Below are positions 36,110-48,941 of a stretch of 64,000 bases of DNA, in pieces. The stretch comes from Toensbergia leucococca. Taxonomy: Eukaryota. Location: NCBI GenBank assembly GCA_022813965.1, contig JALDZS010000052.1, positions 1 through 64,000 of the forward strand, in the 5' to 3' direction. How positions within the stretch are numbered: the stretch's first letter is position 1; each line of letters starts with the position of its first letter. The translations under genes and the position numbers were made by a program. The notes under the pieces were generated by a model. The model did no database searches and was not told the origin of the DNA. It was given only the letters and a program-made list of their open reading frames with translations.

Positions 36110-37129
36110 TTACTCGATCCTCGGCGGACTTTTGGACAAGTGCGTCTCGCGACTTATGCTTCTCCTATTCCGAGATTAGCACTGTGCTCATGAACAGAGA
36201 GCAATAAGAAAACTCACGATCTCCTCCTCTCCCCCTCCTTCCTGAACTCCTCAATAATTCTCAACATCTCCTTCCTCCCTCCTACAGCATCCACGTTCTT
36301 TCCCCCCATACTCATGTCCACTTTTTCCTGCGCATGCGCCGCCAATAGCCTCTTCAATAGCAAATGCCTCATCTGTATACAAACAAACACTCCACAATCA
36401 CTCGAGTTCTCCTGCTGCGGCGAATCCGGCAGATCGATGAAGCGCAACGACCGCTCTATGAGTTGTCCGATTTTCCGCGCCGTGGCATGCGCCTCGTTTC
36501 TGTTTGAGTGGTTGAGAGAATCGTAGTGAAAAGCTACGCTGTCGACGACGCTGACAACAAGCAGTGACCAATGGGTTCCGCCCTCGGGGACTTCGGGATT
36601 CCCGCAATCATTTATGGGCAGGAAGATATGGGTTGTGCGAGCGAAATTTGGTAAGGCTTCTTTGAGGGTTAGGGGATCGCGGGTCTGAATCAGCATGAAT
36701 GACATGGAGGGTCGGAGGAGTACGATTTGAGCGTTTTTGTATTGGCTAAGGTATTCGCGTTCGAGATATCTGCGTAGCTTGTAAGCTTCAAATTTCCAAA
36801 GGCCTTTACATGGTGCCCGGGGTAGCTAGACACGTACTCTTCCCAGAAGGCAATGATCTGTAGGAGTAGGTCAGCTAGGCAGTCTTGGACAACACGATGG
36901 GCAAGTCTTGCAGTATCGGTCAACCAGTCATCCTTCAGCGTATCGACATCTTCCTTCATTACTATATGAGCTTAGCCACAATGCCACCAAGTAGAGAAAT
37001 GGTCAGGTGCAATTACATCGCACATCGTGATCTGCCTTTTATCAGCACAAGGTAAGTCCAAGGATGGCAGAAGCCAGACATACAGCTCAGGTACGGGTCA
37101 TCCGGGCTCAGCTTGATCCAGCGGCGCAT
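36110..37129 (-). CDS. denA: NEDD8-specific protease (DEN1/SENP8, peptidase C48), multi-exon
   Basis: LSPDDPYLS, EDVDTLKDDWLTD, IAFWEEY, LLRPSMSFML, HIFLPIND, GGTHWSLL (His), HYDS (Asp), QQENSSDCGVFVC (Gln/Cys); the last exon ends SPPRIE*. The start codon is uncertain. Confidence 0.88.
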
Positions 37130-37815
37130 TAGCCGGGAGACTCGGAAGGAAGCAGTGGTGAAGCATGAGCTGGAGAGTATCAAAGACAATGTCTTGTTCA
37201 CGGCGAACATTGTGCTGCTGCGGTGTCATACCGAACCTCCAAAATGCCTGCTCACTTTTCCCTTGAAAGGGTGGAAGCCGGAGTCTCGCATATCTGTTTG
37301 ATAGAGTAGGAGCGTTCGAGGGCCCGTATTCTAGATGATGTTGGAGCTAGAGGGTGCTCCCAGCAGTGAATAGGGAAGGAAGTGGTAGATTTGCGAGAGT
37401 TCCACACAGGTCATTGGGGAAAACGAGATTGGTAGAGAGCAGTGATATGGGCAGGGTGTCGAATCAACCCTTTACGTGGTTGTATTCTATCCGTAGAGAC
37501 GATAACCTTACCGTCCATATTCGTCGAATTGAAGACATGGAAATGACCTCGCTAGACTACCTAGGTACCACGTAACACTAGCGCCTCGATTTGTAGGGCT
37601 AGAATACTCTCAGGGCGCTCGGGGCGGTAGGTAAGGAGGAGGGAGGTACAGTACCTCTCTGGCAGGCACCTACTGTTTACAACATCGGTATGCTGCTGCT
37701 TCCTGGAATGTAATCTTTACGACAAAATGCAAGGGGTTCAACACGACTGAATACCAAAGATTTCGCGAGCCATCAATTATGCAATATCGAAACAACCAGG
37801 TAACCTTCTCCACTG

Positions 37816-40800
37816 TCACTCTTTGGAATACCGCACGCCAGCCGCCTCCAACCGCTTAGCCACTTCCTGTCGTTGGCTTTTCCACCGGTCCGATAATTCT
37901 GCCAAAGGCCTCCTCTTGACTTCCTTTATACTATTTGCTAAGTGAGCGCTTGTTTCTCCAAACGCCGTCACCATTTTTCTCTTCAGCTGCCCGGTAATGC
38001 TCCGAAGTTTTTCGTGTTCTTGCAGATGGGTTTGTTCCAGCTCCTCTAATAGGTGATCTCCGTGTCGCTGATAGTCTTGAACGATGTGGTCCACGGCCGT
38101 CTCCTTGTCCACCAAATGCCGTACAAGATGCTGTGTTTGCGTTAATTATCAGATTGAGCCCATAGAAAGAGGAGACTTACATGCGAAATATCGTACAAGG
38201 CTTCCAACGTCCCCTGCTGGTGTGGCTGCAAACCTCCAGGCCATTGTTTCGCCGTGCCACTGCCGGCTTCGGCATTAGATTGATCTGTTGACTCGGATTG
38301 CTGTGCTATTCTGGAGCTATGGGAACTGGACCGCTGCTTCGAACTTAAGTCAGATGGATCCATCTCCGGTGATCGGTCCGCCTCAACCAATGTCTTATCT
38401 GGGTCCTGCTTCGAAGCTCGAGTGCGCATGACTTCCTGACCCGGAGACTGCTTGGTTTCCGTTTTCCTAGCCGAAGGTTGTGGCGCTGACGCATTGGTAT
38501 TGCGGATCAGGCGCAAGAATGTACTCGGCGCCTCTGGGATGGCCGTTAAAAAAGGGTCTTGAGGATTTTGAGATGTTACAACATCCTTGGTCTGAAGGTT
38601 GATGAAAGTATTGCTAGGTTGAACTCGATGAGGCACCAATTGCTCGACTACGCTTGACGCTCGCTGGGGCGAATTCAGAGACGATTTTCTGTTGCTCGAT
38701 AATATTATTCCCTCGTCTTTTGCTGATGGATATCGTCTATCCTGTAGACTAGGTTCATCATACGTTGGTAAATCTTCTTCATCATCCAGTACGGCACAAG
38801 TATCATCATCTTCGAGAAATTCGTCAATATCGGGCTGTATAGTAAATTCAGATGCACGGGGGCGTCCCTGCTCAGCATTAACCATACCCGTGTGTATAAC
38901 AAGCCTTGGGCTACCGTTCTCATCGACCCTGCTCGCCTGTGAGCTAGGAATTCGAGACTTCACGTTGACGGTAAATTTGCTTCCACCTCTTAGTTCTTCA
39001 CCTTTGTGCTCTGCTGTTCGAGGAACACAAATTGTGATCTTATGACCCTCCTTCATCGACGGGCCCCCTATTTGTTGGTTGTTGTTCGCGACTTCTGTTC
39101 CTCTCCTCATTTGGAAAACTTGAGGATTGAGCTTCGTTCTAGATGGGAAACCTCTACTCAATGTTTCTGCGGGCTTCGCTCTCTCCAGGGAACTAATGCC
39201 TTGATTTCTTGGTCCTTTGGCACTAAAGCTGACTAGTGCAGGCTTTCGATTGATGTCCGGGGTTCTCAATTTCCCCTCGGCATTCCTACTTGCTTTATTG
39301 ATCAGCAAATCTGCCCTGGACATTCCTGCCGGCTGCTTTTTTGCTTTCTTAGAAGCGCCTCTGTCGAGGTCCTCGCTCTTTCTTTTTAGATCCTGGAAAA
39401 TCTCTGTCACGAATGCTGAATTTCTCTCCACACTTCTTTCTGTTTGCTGCTCGATGTTGCCACAAATATTTTTGTTGTGCTCCTTGGTTCTTCCTTCTAC
39501 GCTCTGCTGTGGGATCTCGACCATCAACGCCACTGGGACCTTGCCGTCGGTTAAACTCATGCCATTTTCTTTCGTCTTATGCTTCCGGACCACCGGCCTA
39601 TTATTGGCCTTTTGGATCTCAACTTTTCGGACGGCATGAGACTCTGCATCAATCGAAGCCATACTGAATACCTCAGAGCCATCAGATCGGTCTTCAGACG
39701 CACCATCACTACTCGATTGAAGGTCGGCCACTTCTACCTTTCGTTCTTGGTTATGTTCAGTATTAGTCGCCGGATTGTGCTCTGGATCTTCACTAGAATC
39801 CTTCTTTGAAAAAGTCAAACCTTGCATCTGATCCTCTGCTCCATCATGAAGAGTGGTTGCGGGCTGATTGTTGACAGTACCGTCCTCGAGTCCTGAGTCT
39901 TCATTGACTTGATTGAGAGGTTTGAGTTCTGCCCGACGAAGATTTGAGGCTGGAGAATGCATGGGGCGCACTACCCGCATCGACTGCCTAATTTCTGGTC
40001 TTTCGGAGTGTCCTGGTGACTGTAATGCCAGTTCATATTCCCTTGTCGCCTTTGGGACAACTCTCTGGAGTCCTAGGTCTGGGACAGACGACAGTGCACC
40101 TTTTAGCTTGCGTTCCAAAGAAGGCTTCTTCTTCGGAGTAGAAGTTTTATTGGGAATTTCCATTATTTCTTGAATCTGACTCTCCGCTGCTATGTGCTGT
40201 GGCGTCTGCACACATCCCCCCTTATCAGTTACTAAATTGACCTGCAGGTCTGCTGGAACTTGCCCGTCGCTGATTTCGACATGATTGAAGAAGCCCTCAG
40301 AGCTCTCTATTTCTGTTGGATTGACGGCATCGGCAACGGTGGCCTTGTCTAAGGATTGGGCTTCGGAAACCAACTGCGGCATTACCAAATCCCTTATATC
40401 ACTGGTCATAGCTTCAACTTTTGAGGATTGATGCAGTCTCTTCTGTACTGGATTGATCAAACGATGAAGAAAATCCTCGTCTACAACAATACTCCCATCT
40501 TTAGAATGCAGTAAAGTAGTTGGCAGATGATGCCTGTTGCCACCACCCTCCTTTTCTTCAGCTCGGAGACTGTCCTCCAATTTTGGATTCTCCGGAGCTT
40601 GGACAGCGATTTGGCTTGAAGAATTGAGTCTGTGAAGTGTTTGTTGCTCCATAAAGGGCTGCACATGACTGATCTCACCACAAGGCGGCGGAGGCGGGAT
40701 CGTCTTTTCCTGTACCAGATCCTCTAAGCCGTTTGCTTGTGACGGGTGCATTGACTCGAAGGCATCTTGAAAATGTTGTTCTTCAGTCCCACCCATTCCA

Positions 40801-43800
40801 TCGGTGCCCATTTGTCCGAGCTTCTCTTCAACAAAACCAGCACCAGCGTCGGCAGTGGGTAACTTTATTGCCCGTGACGAACGGCATTCCACGTCGCCGT
40901 CTTGCAGACCACCATCAACAACCCCGACTGGTTCCAATTCCGGAGTAGCGCTTTGCTTCTGATCATTATCGTGTGCTGTGGGAAATTGATCCTCTGCTTG
41001 ATCGAATATCGCAGAGTCAACTATATTGTATGCTGTCATTGGCACCTCCCCTGCCCCTAGATTTGTCGCGACAGCTGATCTAGCGTCGTCATCCTGCCTG
41101 GAGTCATTTCGCTCGGTAGACGATGTATGGGGTCGAGACGCACTTTCCTCTCGTATTATCCCATTGCAAACTTTCTGTTTCGGTGACTGGATTGGTGTCT
41201 GCTCAACATCTTCGTCAATATCAGAATTATTGAGACCACGTATTTTCTTATCGGCCGCTAAGGCTGCGGCGCGCTTAGTTCTTGGCTCTCGCAGATTGGA
41301 AGGTGCAGGTTGGCGTTTGTTTGACATCGACTTCCCTTTTGTGGCATTGCTTTTTGATGATATAGCTTGGTTCTTGTGAGAAGACAAAGGCTTTTTTAGT
41401 CCTTTCTTCTTACCATTCTTCGGCACTACTTTATTTTTGGGCGATTTCCCTCTACGGCTTCGAAGAGTAGGCCTGGGGTAATCGCCATTTTCAAGCAAGG
41501 CCTCGTCCCAGTCTATCTCCACCATGTCGCTAGCTTTATTACCTGTGTCAGGCTTCCGGCTTGGATCAAAACCAGAGATTGTAGGAAGAGTATTGAATTG
41601 TGGCGCAGGTATCAAAGCTTGGGGGGCTGATTTGTTCCTAGACGATTGCGTTCCGTTCATTGTTCGAGACGTATTTGCGAGGTTCGACGTGGGTACTCGT
41701 AAGGGTCCATAAGTGTGGACCTTTCTGACGTTTTTCTCGTTGTCGTCTTCGACATCGTCCTCCACATCCGATGTCGCCACTATTTTAGGCGTTTTGATTC
41801 TACTTCTAATTGGGGGTCGTTTCCGACTGATAGCCCTGGCTTTAGATTTAGAAGGCGCGGGGTTTTTCTTCTTGGATATTGGCATAGCTGGGCTGACTGT
41901 GCTTTGTTTGGCTTCCGACAGCTCGTTGGCCCGCGGAGTCTTTCCCAAGGGCGCTGTGCTCGCTTCTAGGCTCCCGCCGCGCATCCTTCGACTAAGTTTC
42001 TGCACGGGATGATTCTTGGGTTCAGTAATACCAATTTTAGGGCGTGCCTTGTCGTGATCCTGGTTTTTTTGAAACCTGTTGGATACTTCTGGTAGTATCT
42101 CAGGGATTATGTGCTTCAACCTAGATATCCCTGATTTAGGACTTGCATCATAGAGATCATCGAATCCATCAGCTGGCTCTGTAAGGACGGGTTTATCAGA
42201 AGACTGGGTTGGGGCAGTTTGCAGCCTAGGATGCTTCTTGATCTGTGCTTGTAGTTCTGAGACGTGTCCGATCTCCATTGTGGCATTCTCCTGTGTGTGT
42301 TGGGTCAGTTCGTCTTCTGACACGTCGTCCGCGAACCCTGTCTTCACTGTCATATTTTTGTCTGCAGAAGCAGGCAAGTACGAGGTGGACGCGCCATTGA
42401 CACGCGACTGATTTGGATGCGCCACCCTTAAGGCGTGAGTAGATTCGTTACTCGTGGGTATAGCGCCCTGTTGTGTAGCAAGGTCTGATGACTTTTTAAG
42501 CCCGAATGACACTGGTGGTAGATCGTCAAAGATAACACCCTCTGGCGCAATGGTTTGAGAGCCAGCCTGGACCAACTTATCATCGTCTTCTGAAAGATTT
42601 TGCGAAACATTAAGACTCAAGGATTGACTCCATTTCAGTTCCTCTGTGTCAGCCATTATCTTGGATTTCCCATTTACATGCTCGGTATGTTGTAATGGCA
42701 TGCCTGTTGAAGCTTGATGACTTTCACCCGTATCTTGCTTTGAAAAGGGAATATTTGTAGGAATTGATATGTCGTTGGGAGGACTAGGAGCGTAGTCTTC
42801 AATTTCGGGCGTGGCGCTTTCATTAACACTCCCTAGCAAATTTTGAGATACGTCCACTGTCAACGACCCAACTACATGTACGCCTTTGCGGTTGGTGGCC
42901 ACCTTTTCCCTAAGTATGCACGACTTTACGAATGTGGCATCGTTTACAGTCTCGAAAGCAAGATGTATGAGATCATCAGACTGTTTGCCGGCGTTCAAGT
43001 AAAATGTACTACCCTCGAGAAAAGATAACCGAATTATTAAAGCGGTCTCAACATCGCCCGAGATTGAATCTGTTCCAACTTCGCAGCCTTTCTCGGCGAT
43101 GGAGATATCTTCAATTTTGCTAAGCGGAACATCAATGTACCTTACTGGACGGGTAGTTGAAGATGGTATGATGATAGTCAGCTCTTCGAGCAATGTAACC
43201 AGTATGGCTGCTTCTTTGTTGACACAGTACCTCACATTTCCAATCATAACAGCGTAAGCAAACATGTTAGATGTCCTGCATGGACGTTAGATTACGTAGG
43301 CATCGTTATGCCAGATGAGTACTCACTCGTTCGTAAGCGTTCCTTGCGAATATAGATCGTTCAAAAAGTCCTCGAAACGTTCAACCCATTGAGAAGCATG
43401 GAGCTGGCTCTTCGGAAAGTTTGTGTGCGCTTCTGGATCAATGCCTACAGCCCAAAAGCGCTCCTTTGGCACTCCGAAAGCCATCATCTCACGAATTATA
43501 GAACCGGCAATGAGTACAAGCACTTGGCACCTTTCTTGCAGTACAATGTTCCCAAACACATACCTATTGCATCTTCGAATCAGATCGCTGCACAGAAGTC
43601 TCATATTATGCCATCGACATACCATTTGTCATTTGAATCAACTCTCAAGCGATTCTTGTTCTCGTCGCAGCCTTGTAAAAGCTCTAATGCAAGTAATCCT
43701 GACTATTAATGATATTATCAGAACCTTGTCTTGCAGAGTGTCGGAAGACATACCAATCTCCGAACTCGATTTCCGTTTGAATCTTTAATAAAATAACGAA

Positions 43801-44165
43801 GCAATTCAACTATGCAGCCTGACCCAATCTGATTCTTCCGGGCGGACAGTGTGACACGGTGCGCCGAGGATAGAAGGCTGTCATGCAGCGATTCCTGCGA
43901 AATGTGAACAACCAAGCTAACGGTACTATGATGCGATCCTTACCAATAGCAAATAGAGACCTCGTTCTTGCGCAAGACATCCCGCGGAAGAAAAGAAAAT
44001 TCCAAGTAGGAAAATAAATCCATGGCTATCAAGACGTGAACACGAAGCAGAATGGTCATCATCTAAGGCTCCCACAAGAGCTTCGGTTTCTTTGGCCGAC
44101 GGACGACGCTCGGCTCGTATGGATTGTTTGATCAATGTTGTCAAGGTTTTCGGAATACTATTCAT
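37816..44165 (-). CDS. Large (~1,950 aa) multi-exon protein: structured N-terminus, long disordered middle, C-terminal coiled coil; possibly a meiotic axis Red1/Rec10/SYCP2-like protein
   Basis: A 1707-aa exon plus several short 5' exons starting MNSIPKTLTTLIK, with GT-AG junctions. The 3' exon HLVRHLVDKETAVDHIVQDYQRHG... is heptad-like. The family assignment rests on architecture only. Confidence 0.65.
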
Positions 44166-45120
44166 CCGAGGATTCAGCACGCAGCATAGCCGTCGGGGAA
44201 GATCACAAACATCAATGTACCTTCGCCTCTGCGACCTTCCCACAAGACATGTGCCAGCTTATGGAGAGGAGACGTATCGTCCTGCGGTGGCATGCTAGCC
44301 ATATTGGCTGCTGGAAAGTAACGTTGGTGCGGTGGAATTGTGCACGATCGAAAGCAAGGCGGTATTGTCCTTGCATTGCAGGCTGCAAGCTGTGTCCGAT
44401 CTCGATCATAAGCCTCGCTGTCGAGCGATGATAGAATGGGGTACAGCGGGTCTGGATAAATTCCTTAATATGAAGGTAGTTTTCAGAATGAATACCTAGT
44501 CCTTACCTAAGTATTGTCGGAAAATAAGCGAGACATTGGCAATTCTCGAATTCTCTCGTTAGGGCACAAGAGACGACAAATTTGGAAATACAAAATCCGT
44601 GAATACTTCGGTCAATACGACCATTGACCCACCTCCGACTAAGACATCTCAATGGTTTTTGACATGCTACATGATTCTCCATCAAGCCTCTGAGGGGTTT
44701 GTGCATACGTGTAACACGAAGGAAATCAAATCCTACCTCGCACCATTTCACATTACCACAATTCATTGCGAAAACAACGACAATAGGGTCCCCATCCTAT
44801 ATTTCTGTCGCGTTGCGTTCATTCCTTGGGTAGGGTCATCCTCAACACGCCTTGCGAGAATAAAAGTGCTGGCTATTTGATCGCTGCGCTTGGCAAAGTA
44901 TTTAGTCCACCTCATGCATCGAGAAATGTCAGGCACTGCCGAAGCCTGGAGTCGAAAGGATTGAATGACATTACTGCCGATAAAATCCTCCACAAGGCTC
45001 CAAAGGCCTTTCCAGACCATCCAAGGCAATGCCAACATAGTTGAAGTTGTTGCTTGTCAATAATGCCTCTTACCTCGCAAAGTCTCTTTGTGTGATGCAT
45101 GCCTTGAGATTACGCAAGCT

Positions 45121-46014
45121 TTATTCAAAACTCCTAGAAATAACATCACGTCTAAGATCCAATTCCTTGAACGCGGGCAATCCAGCATCAGCTTCAGAAA
45201 TGGCAGTAGCAATCAAGTACTCCTCTCCGAATGCTTGTAGTTCCATTGTCACGCTTGTCACCTTTTCCCCGTGGAGCCAGATTTCTAGCTTCCGAGATCT
45301 TTCGCCCCATTCTCCCACCTTCGCAAACGGCGGGACTTGGACATTCAAAAAGACCAAGTCCTTCAACCAAGGCGCCATCAAAGCTTCGCCAGTCATCTTT
45401 ATGAAGGCCTCTTTGAGACACCAGTGCGCATAAAAGTAACGGAGCTTGAACCTGATTTCTTCGGCCGGACCACCATACCCTGGCGGGACAAATTGAAGAA
45501 TGTCTGCTATCTCGCGTTCTGAGAACACTGCCTCATATATGTTTACCCAATCCAAAAACCCCCTTTTCTTGATGGTACCATGGTCCCTCTCTAAGTTGAT
45601 CTGTACGACATCAACTCCAACTTTTCTTGTCTCGCCTGGAGATCCCACTAACACGAGTATGGTTCCATGATGCGAGACATTAAATTCTAGCCTTTTGGCA
45701 GCCGGATTGTCTGGTCTGAAACACGGTTTCTTGTTGTGGTCTTGAGTGAGAGTGGCATCAGACCATGAGACATCGCAAGCCTGGGAAACAGCAAGATGTT
45801 TCAGTAAGAAGGAGCCTAAGCAAAGCTTTGCATCCTGGGGTCGGTAGAATCGCAGAATAGCATCGCGTTCATGAGATTGTACAAGCCTTAAAGCACTATC
45901 AGCGTCTTTCCCTGTAGCCCATTGTGCAGTAGTGGAGATGGCGCTTTCTCCACGGGGTATTGGCCATATCTTCTCAGTATTCAGGAGCCATCGAAAGATA
46001 GTAGTGTCATTCAT
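45121..46014 (-). CDS. npgA: Sfp-type 4'-phosphopantetheinyl transferase (NpgA/Lys5-like), intronless
   Basis: KPCF, EFNVSHHG, VGVDVV and FYAHWCLKEAFIKMTGEAL (WxxKEAxxK) motifs. Confidence 0.93.
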   Translation of the reverse strand: MNDTTIFRWLLNTEKIWPIPRGESAISTTAQWATGKDADSALRLVQSHERDAILRFYRPQDAKLCLGSFLLKHLAVSQACDVSWSDATLTQDHNKKPCFRPDNPAAKRLEFNVSHHGTILVLVGSPGETRKVGVDVVQINLERDHGTIKKRGFLDWVNIYEAVFSEREIADILQFVPPGYGGPAEEIRFKLRYFYAHWCLKEAFIKMTGEALMAPWLKDLVFLNVQVPPFAKVGEWGERSRKLEIWLHGEKVTSVTMELQAFGEEYLIATAISEADAGLPAFKELDLRRDVISRSFE

Positions 46015-46360
46015 GGCAGGTGGTGGCGAGGGTGATATTATTGAAAACTCTAAGCGGTCTATGGCGGTAAGAAGATGATAGATTTCTGGCCTAGCCCTAT
46101 AAGGCTAGCTGGTTTGGGGGTGAACCCTTCTATTCTTAGCATATTTGACCCTACCTACCTTACTCGGTACCTTACCTACCTACCGTGCTACCTTACTTTT
46201 ACGTGCAGGTATTCGTACAGAGTAGGTAGGTAAATAGGCAACAACCGCCTTTTCCATACATGCTCGTATGCATAACCTCTAGGTACACGGAGCTGTCACC
46301 TATAGTATGAGAAGAGCTCTCCAGGGCCTTACTGAATGACCTTGTAGGAGGTTCTTCATC

Positions 46361-47512
46361 ATGCTTGCACCAAATGTTCCGAGTCTGTCGGTGAACCAGG
46401 CTTTTGCTGCTCTACAACAAAGTAAGACCGTCAGCAAGCCTGGAAGTCGTAAGTCGGGGTGCTGGAGTCAAGATTTGCCGCTTCTGTCGCAAGGGCGCAA
46501 AGTCGAATCTCTCAATGAGTCTCCTCTAAACTTGGAAGCCATTGTCGAGGGTGTATCTCAAGAGCTTGGATCTGGTGCTGCGAACACTGTCCTGTATCTT
46601 GCGTATGGCTCAAACCTCTCCGCCGAAACATTTCAAGGCAATCGTGGTATTCGTCCAGTTTCCCAGGTCAACGTGGTGGTTCCAGACTTAGTGATGACGT
46701 TCGACCTGGCTGGACTGCCATATACAGAGCCCTGTTTCGCAAACACCAAGTACCGAAGCGAACGTCCTGATGTCACAACCTCGTCAGAAAAAGCTCCCCT
46801 CCTCCCTGCTCCTCTAATCCCCACGGATTATCATAAAACCCGCTGGAAGAAGGGCCTTGTGGGGGTTGTCTACGAAGTCACTAAAGAGGACTATGCCCAC
46901 ATCATTGCCACTGAAGGGGGTGGTGCTGCATATCAAGATGTAGTCATTGACTGCTATGAACTCCAAGCCGGCGAGAACACTGTACCTCAACACCCTCAAT
47001 CTCAGCCATTCAAAGCTCATACCTTGTACTGCCCACCGCCAACGAAGGGTGGACGCTTTGTGAGGCCAGATCCGAATTATGCACAAGCTTCCCCACGGTA
47101 TCTAAAGCTGATCACGGATGGAGCAGACGAGCACTCCCTACCATTAGAATACAAAGTCTATCTTCAGAATCTCCGCCCTTACACCGCCAGCACGGCAAAG
47201 CAAAGGCTCGGACAATTTCTCTTCATCCTGATCTTTCGTCCTCTCATACATATCATTTTCGGATTATTCGCGACTTTTGCAGATGACAAGGGGCGTGTTC
47301 CGCCATGGTTGGCGAATCTAAGCGGAGCGGTATTCAAATCCTTCTGGGGCGCCTATGATCTATTCTTCTATCCCCTGTTTGGTGATGGAGAAAGGACGAA
47401 CACAACGGAGGAAGAGCATGAAAGCGTCAATGAAATGGGGAGAAGCTGGATCTCACCTAGGCTGTATGGGAGCGTGGATGAAAAACAGTCTGACGTCAAT
47501 CAAATGGTTTGA
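46361..47512 (+). CDS. GliK-like gamma-glutamyl cyclotransferase-fold protein
   Basis: VLYLAYGSNL, FDLAGLPYTEPCFAN, WKKGLVGVVYEVT..DYAHIIATEGGG and SPRYLKLITDGADEH..P..Y motifs; hydrophobic C-terminal segment. Confidence 0.85.
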   Translation: MLAPNVPSLSVNQAFAALQQSKTVSKPGSRKSGCWSQDLPLLSQGRKVESLNESPLNLEAIVEGVSQELGSGAANTVLYLAYGSNLSAETFQGNRGIRPVSQVNVVVPDLVMTFDLAGLPYTEPCFANTKYRSERPDVTTSSEKAPLLPAPLIPTDYHKTRWKKGLVGVVYEVTKEDYAHIIATEGGGAAYQDVVIDCYELQAGENTVPQHPQSQPFKAHTLYCPPPTKGGRFVRPDPNYAQASPRYLKLITDGADEHSLPLEYKVYLQNLRPYTASTAKQRLGQFLFILIFRPLIHIIFGLFATFADDKGRVPPWLANLSGAVFKSFWGAYDLFFYPLFGDGERTNTTEEEHESVNEMGRSWISPRLYGSVDEKQSDVNQMV

Positions 47513-48941
47513 GATTATGTTATGATGTCCTTAGCAATGCTGATTTTGCTGTTTGGTATATCGTGCGCGAAGACTTCTGCTACAGATTTGAACGGTCGGT
47601 GCTTCAACAATTTGTCATCATCTTCTCCTAGGTACGCTTGTAGCATGGCCTTCATCTATTGTACTCCTCGGAACTGTTTTGAGAATGCATACAATGTTCG
47701 CTACATCAGACATCATGAAATCAAGGTGACACTTCACGGTGGGCATTAGGCAGCATACTCCAGGCATTTGTTCTCATTCTATCAAACGGCCTTGAAAGCC
47801 GCAAAGTCAGGGTCACAGGGTCTCTCTTGGAAGAACCTCTGACTACTGTGATTATCTTCATAGCTCTCTTAAGCGCCTTGTTCGCTTGCTATGGTCAATG
47901 TAGCGACAAGGAAAAGGCTACTAGTAACGTTGCCTAAACTGAGATTAATTCGACAAACTATTGGACTGGGACGCGCAGCATCAAAGAGTATAGACACTAC
48001 TTCAGCTGCAGTGGATGAGAAAATTGAGACGATAAAAGCAGAACCCCATCACAGCAGGCTAGTTTCGCAGTTGAATGCTAGGATATCTTGCGCTCTACTC
48101 GTACCTACCATGCTTGTGTCAGTCAGACTTGGCCCAATATCTGACCCTAATCTTCGCCGTCATGTTTTATACTACGCTCGATAGCGTCAGGGCCCGATCC
48201 TTGTCGCTTTGCGATTGGTGCTATGGCAAGATGATCACGAATCCTCCACGCTAGGTGGAGTGGCTCAGTGGTATCCATCCTTATCAGACCACCAATGATA
48301 TGCTCCGAAGCATCCGAGATGAACATGTTTCCCACCATATAGTCAAGTCTTTCCCTCGAAACCTCGATCCGCAAGAAAGATTTGATAGGTAATATCAGGG
48401 TAGGTTTGCAGGTGACATGAAGCTCAATACTGACCATTACGATTCGCGTGATGAAGTATCACATCGCGAATTTGTTCTTCTCGCCCTTACAAGCCGAAAA
48501 TGCTCGAGATGATTATCGAAAGGTAAATTGCTCGACAGCATCGATGGCCCTCGGCGCTCGTGGCTATTATGAATGTGATGAGGGTACTTAGGACCGAAAA
48601 TGGCATGTATTGCAATATTCCTCTGCGATTACTTGCTTTGGGCCTGCAAGGAGGGTGAATAACAATGCTTCAAACAATGGAGCCGTGTGGTGCGAAATTA
48701 CAGACGATGACATCTCTCTATCGCATCAACCTTCAAAATCGGGTCTATTGGAGAAGAGTTGCTTTCATTCTCCGGGTTGAACCAAGTACAACGTCACTGC
48801 ACTCGCCACATCCGCAGAATATGCCACACCCAATTTGTTTTGAACTCTAGATTTCGAATCAGAAGTAACAAGTATATTTAATCTACCTGACCAGACCCAA
48901 CATATAACACAATTTGCTCACGCTGCACCTTGACAAAAACA

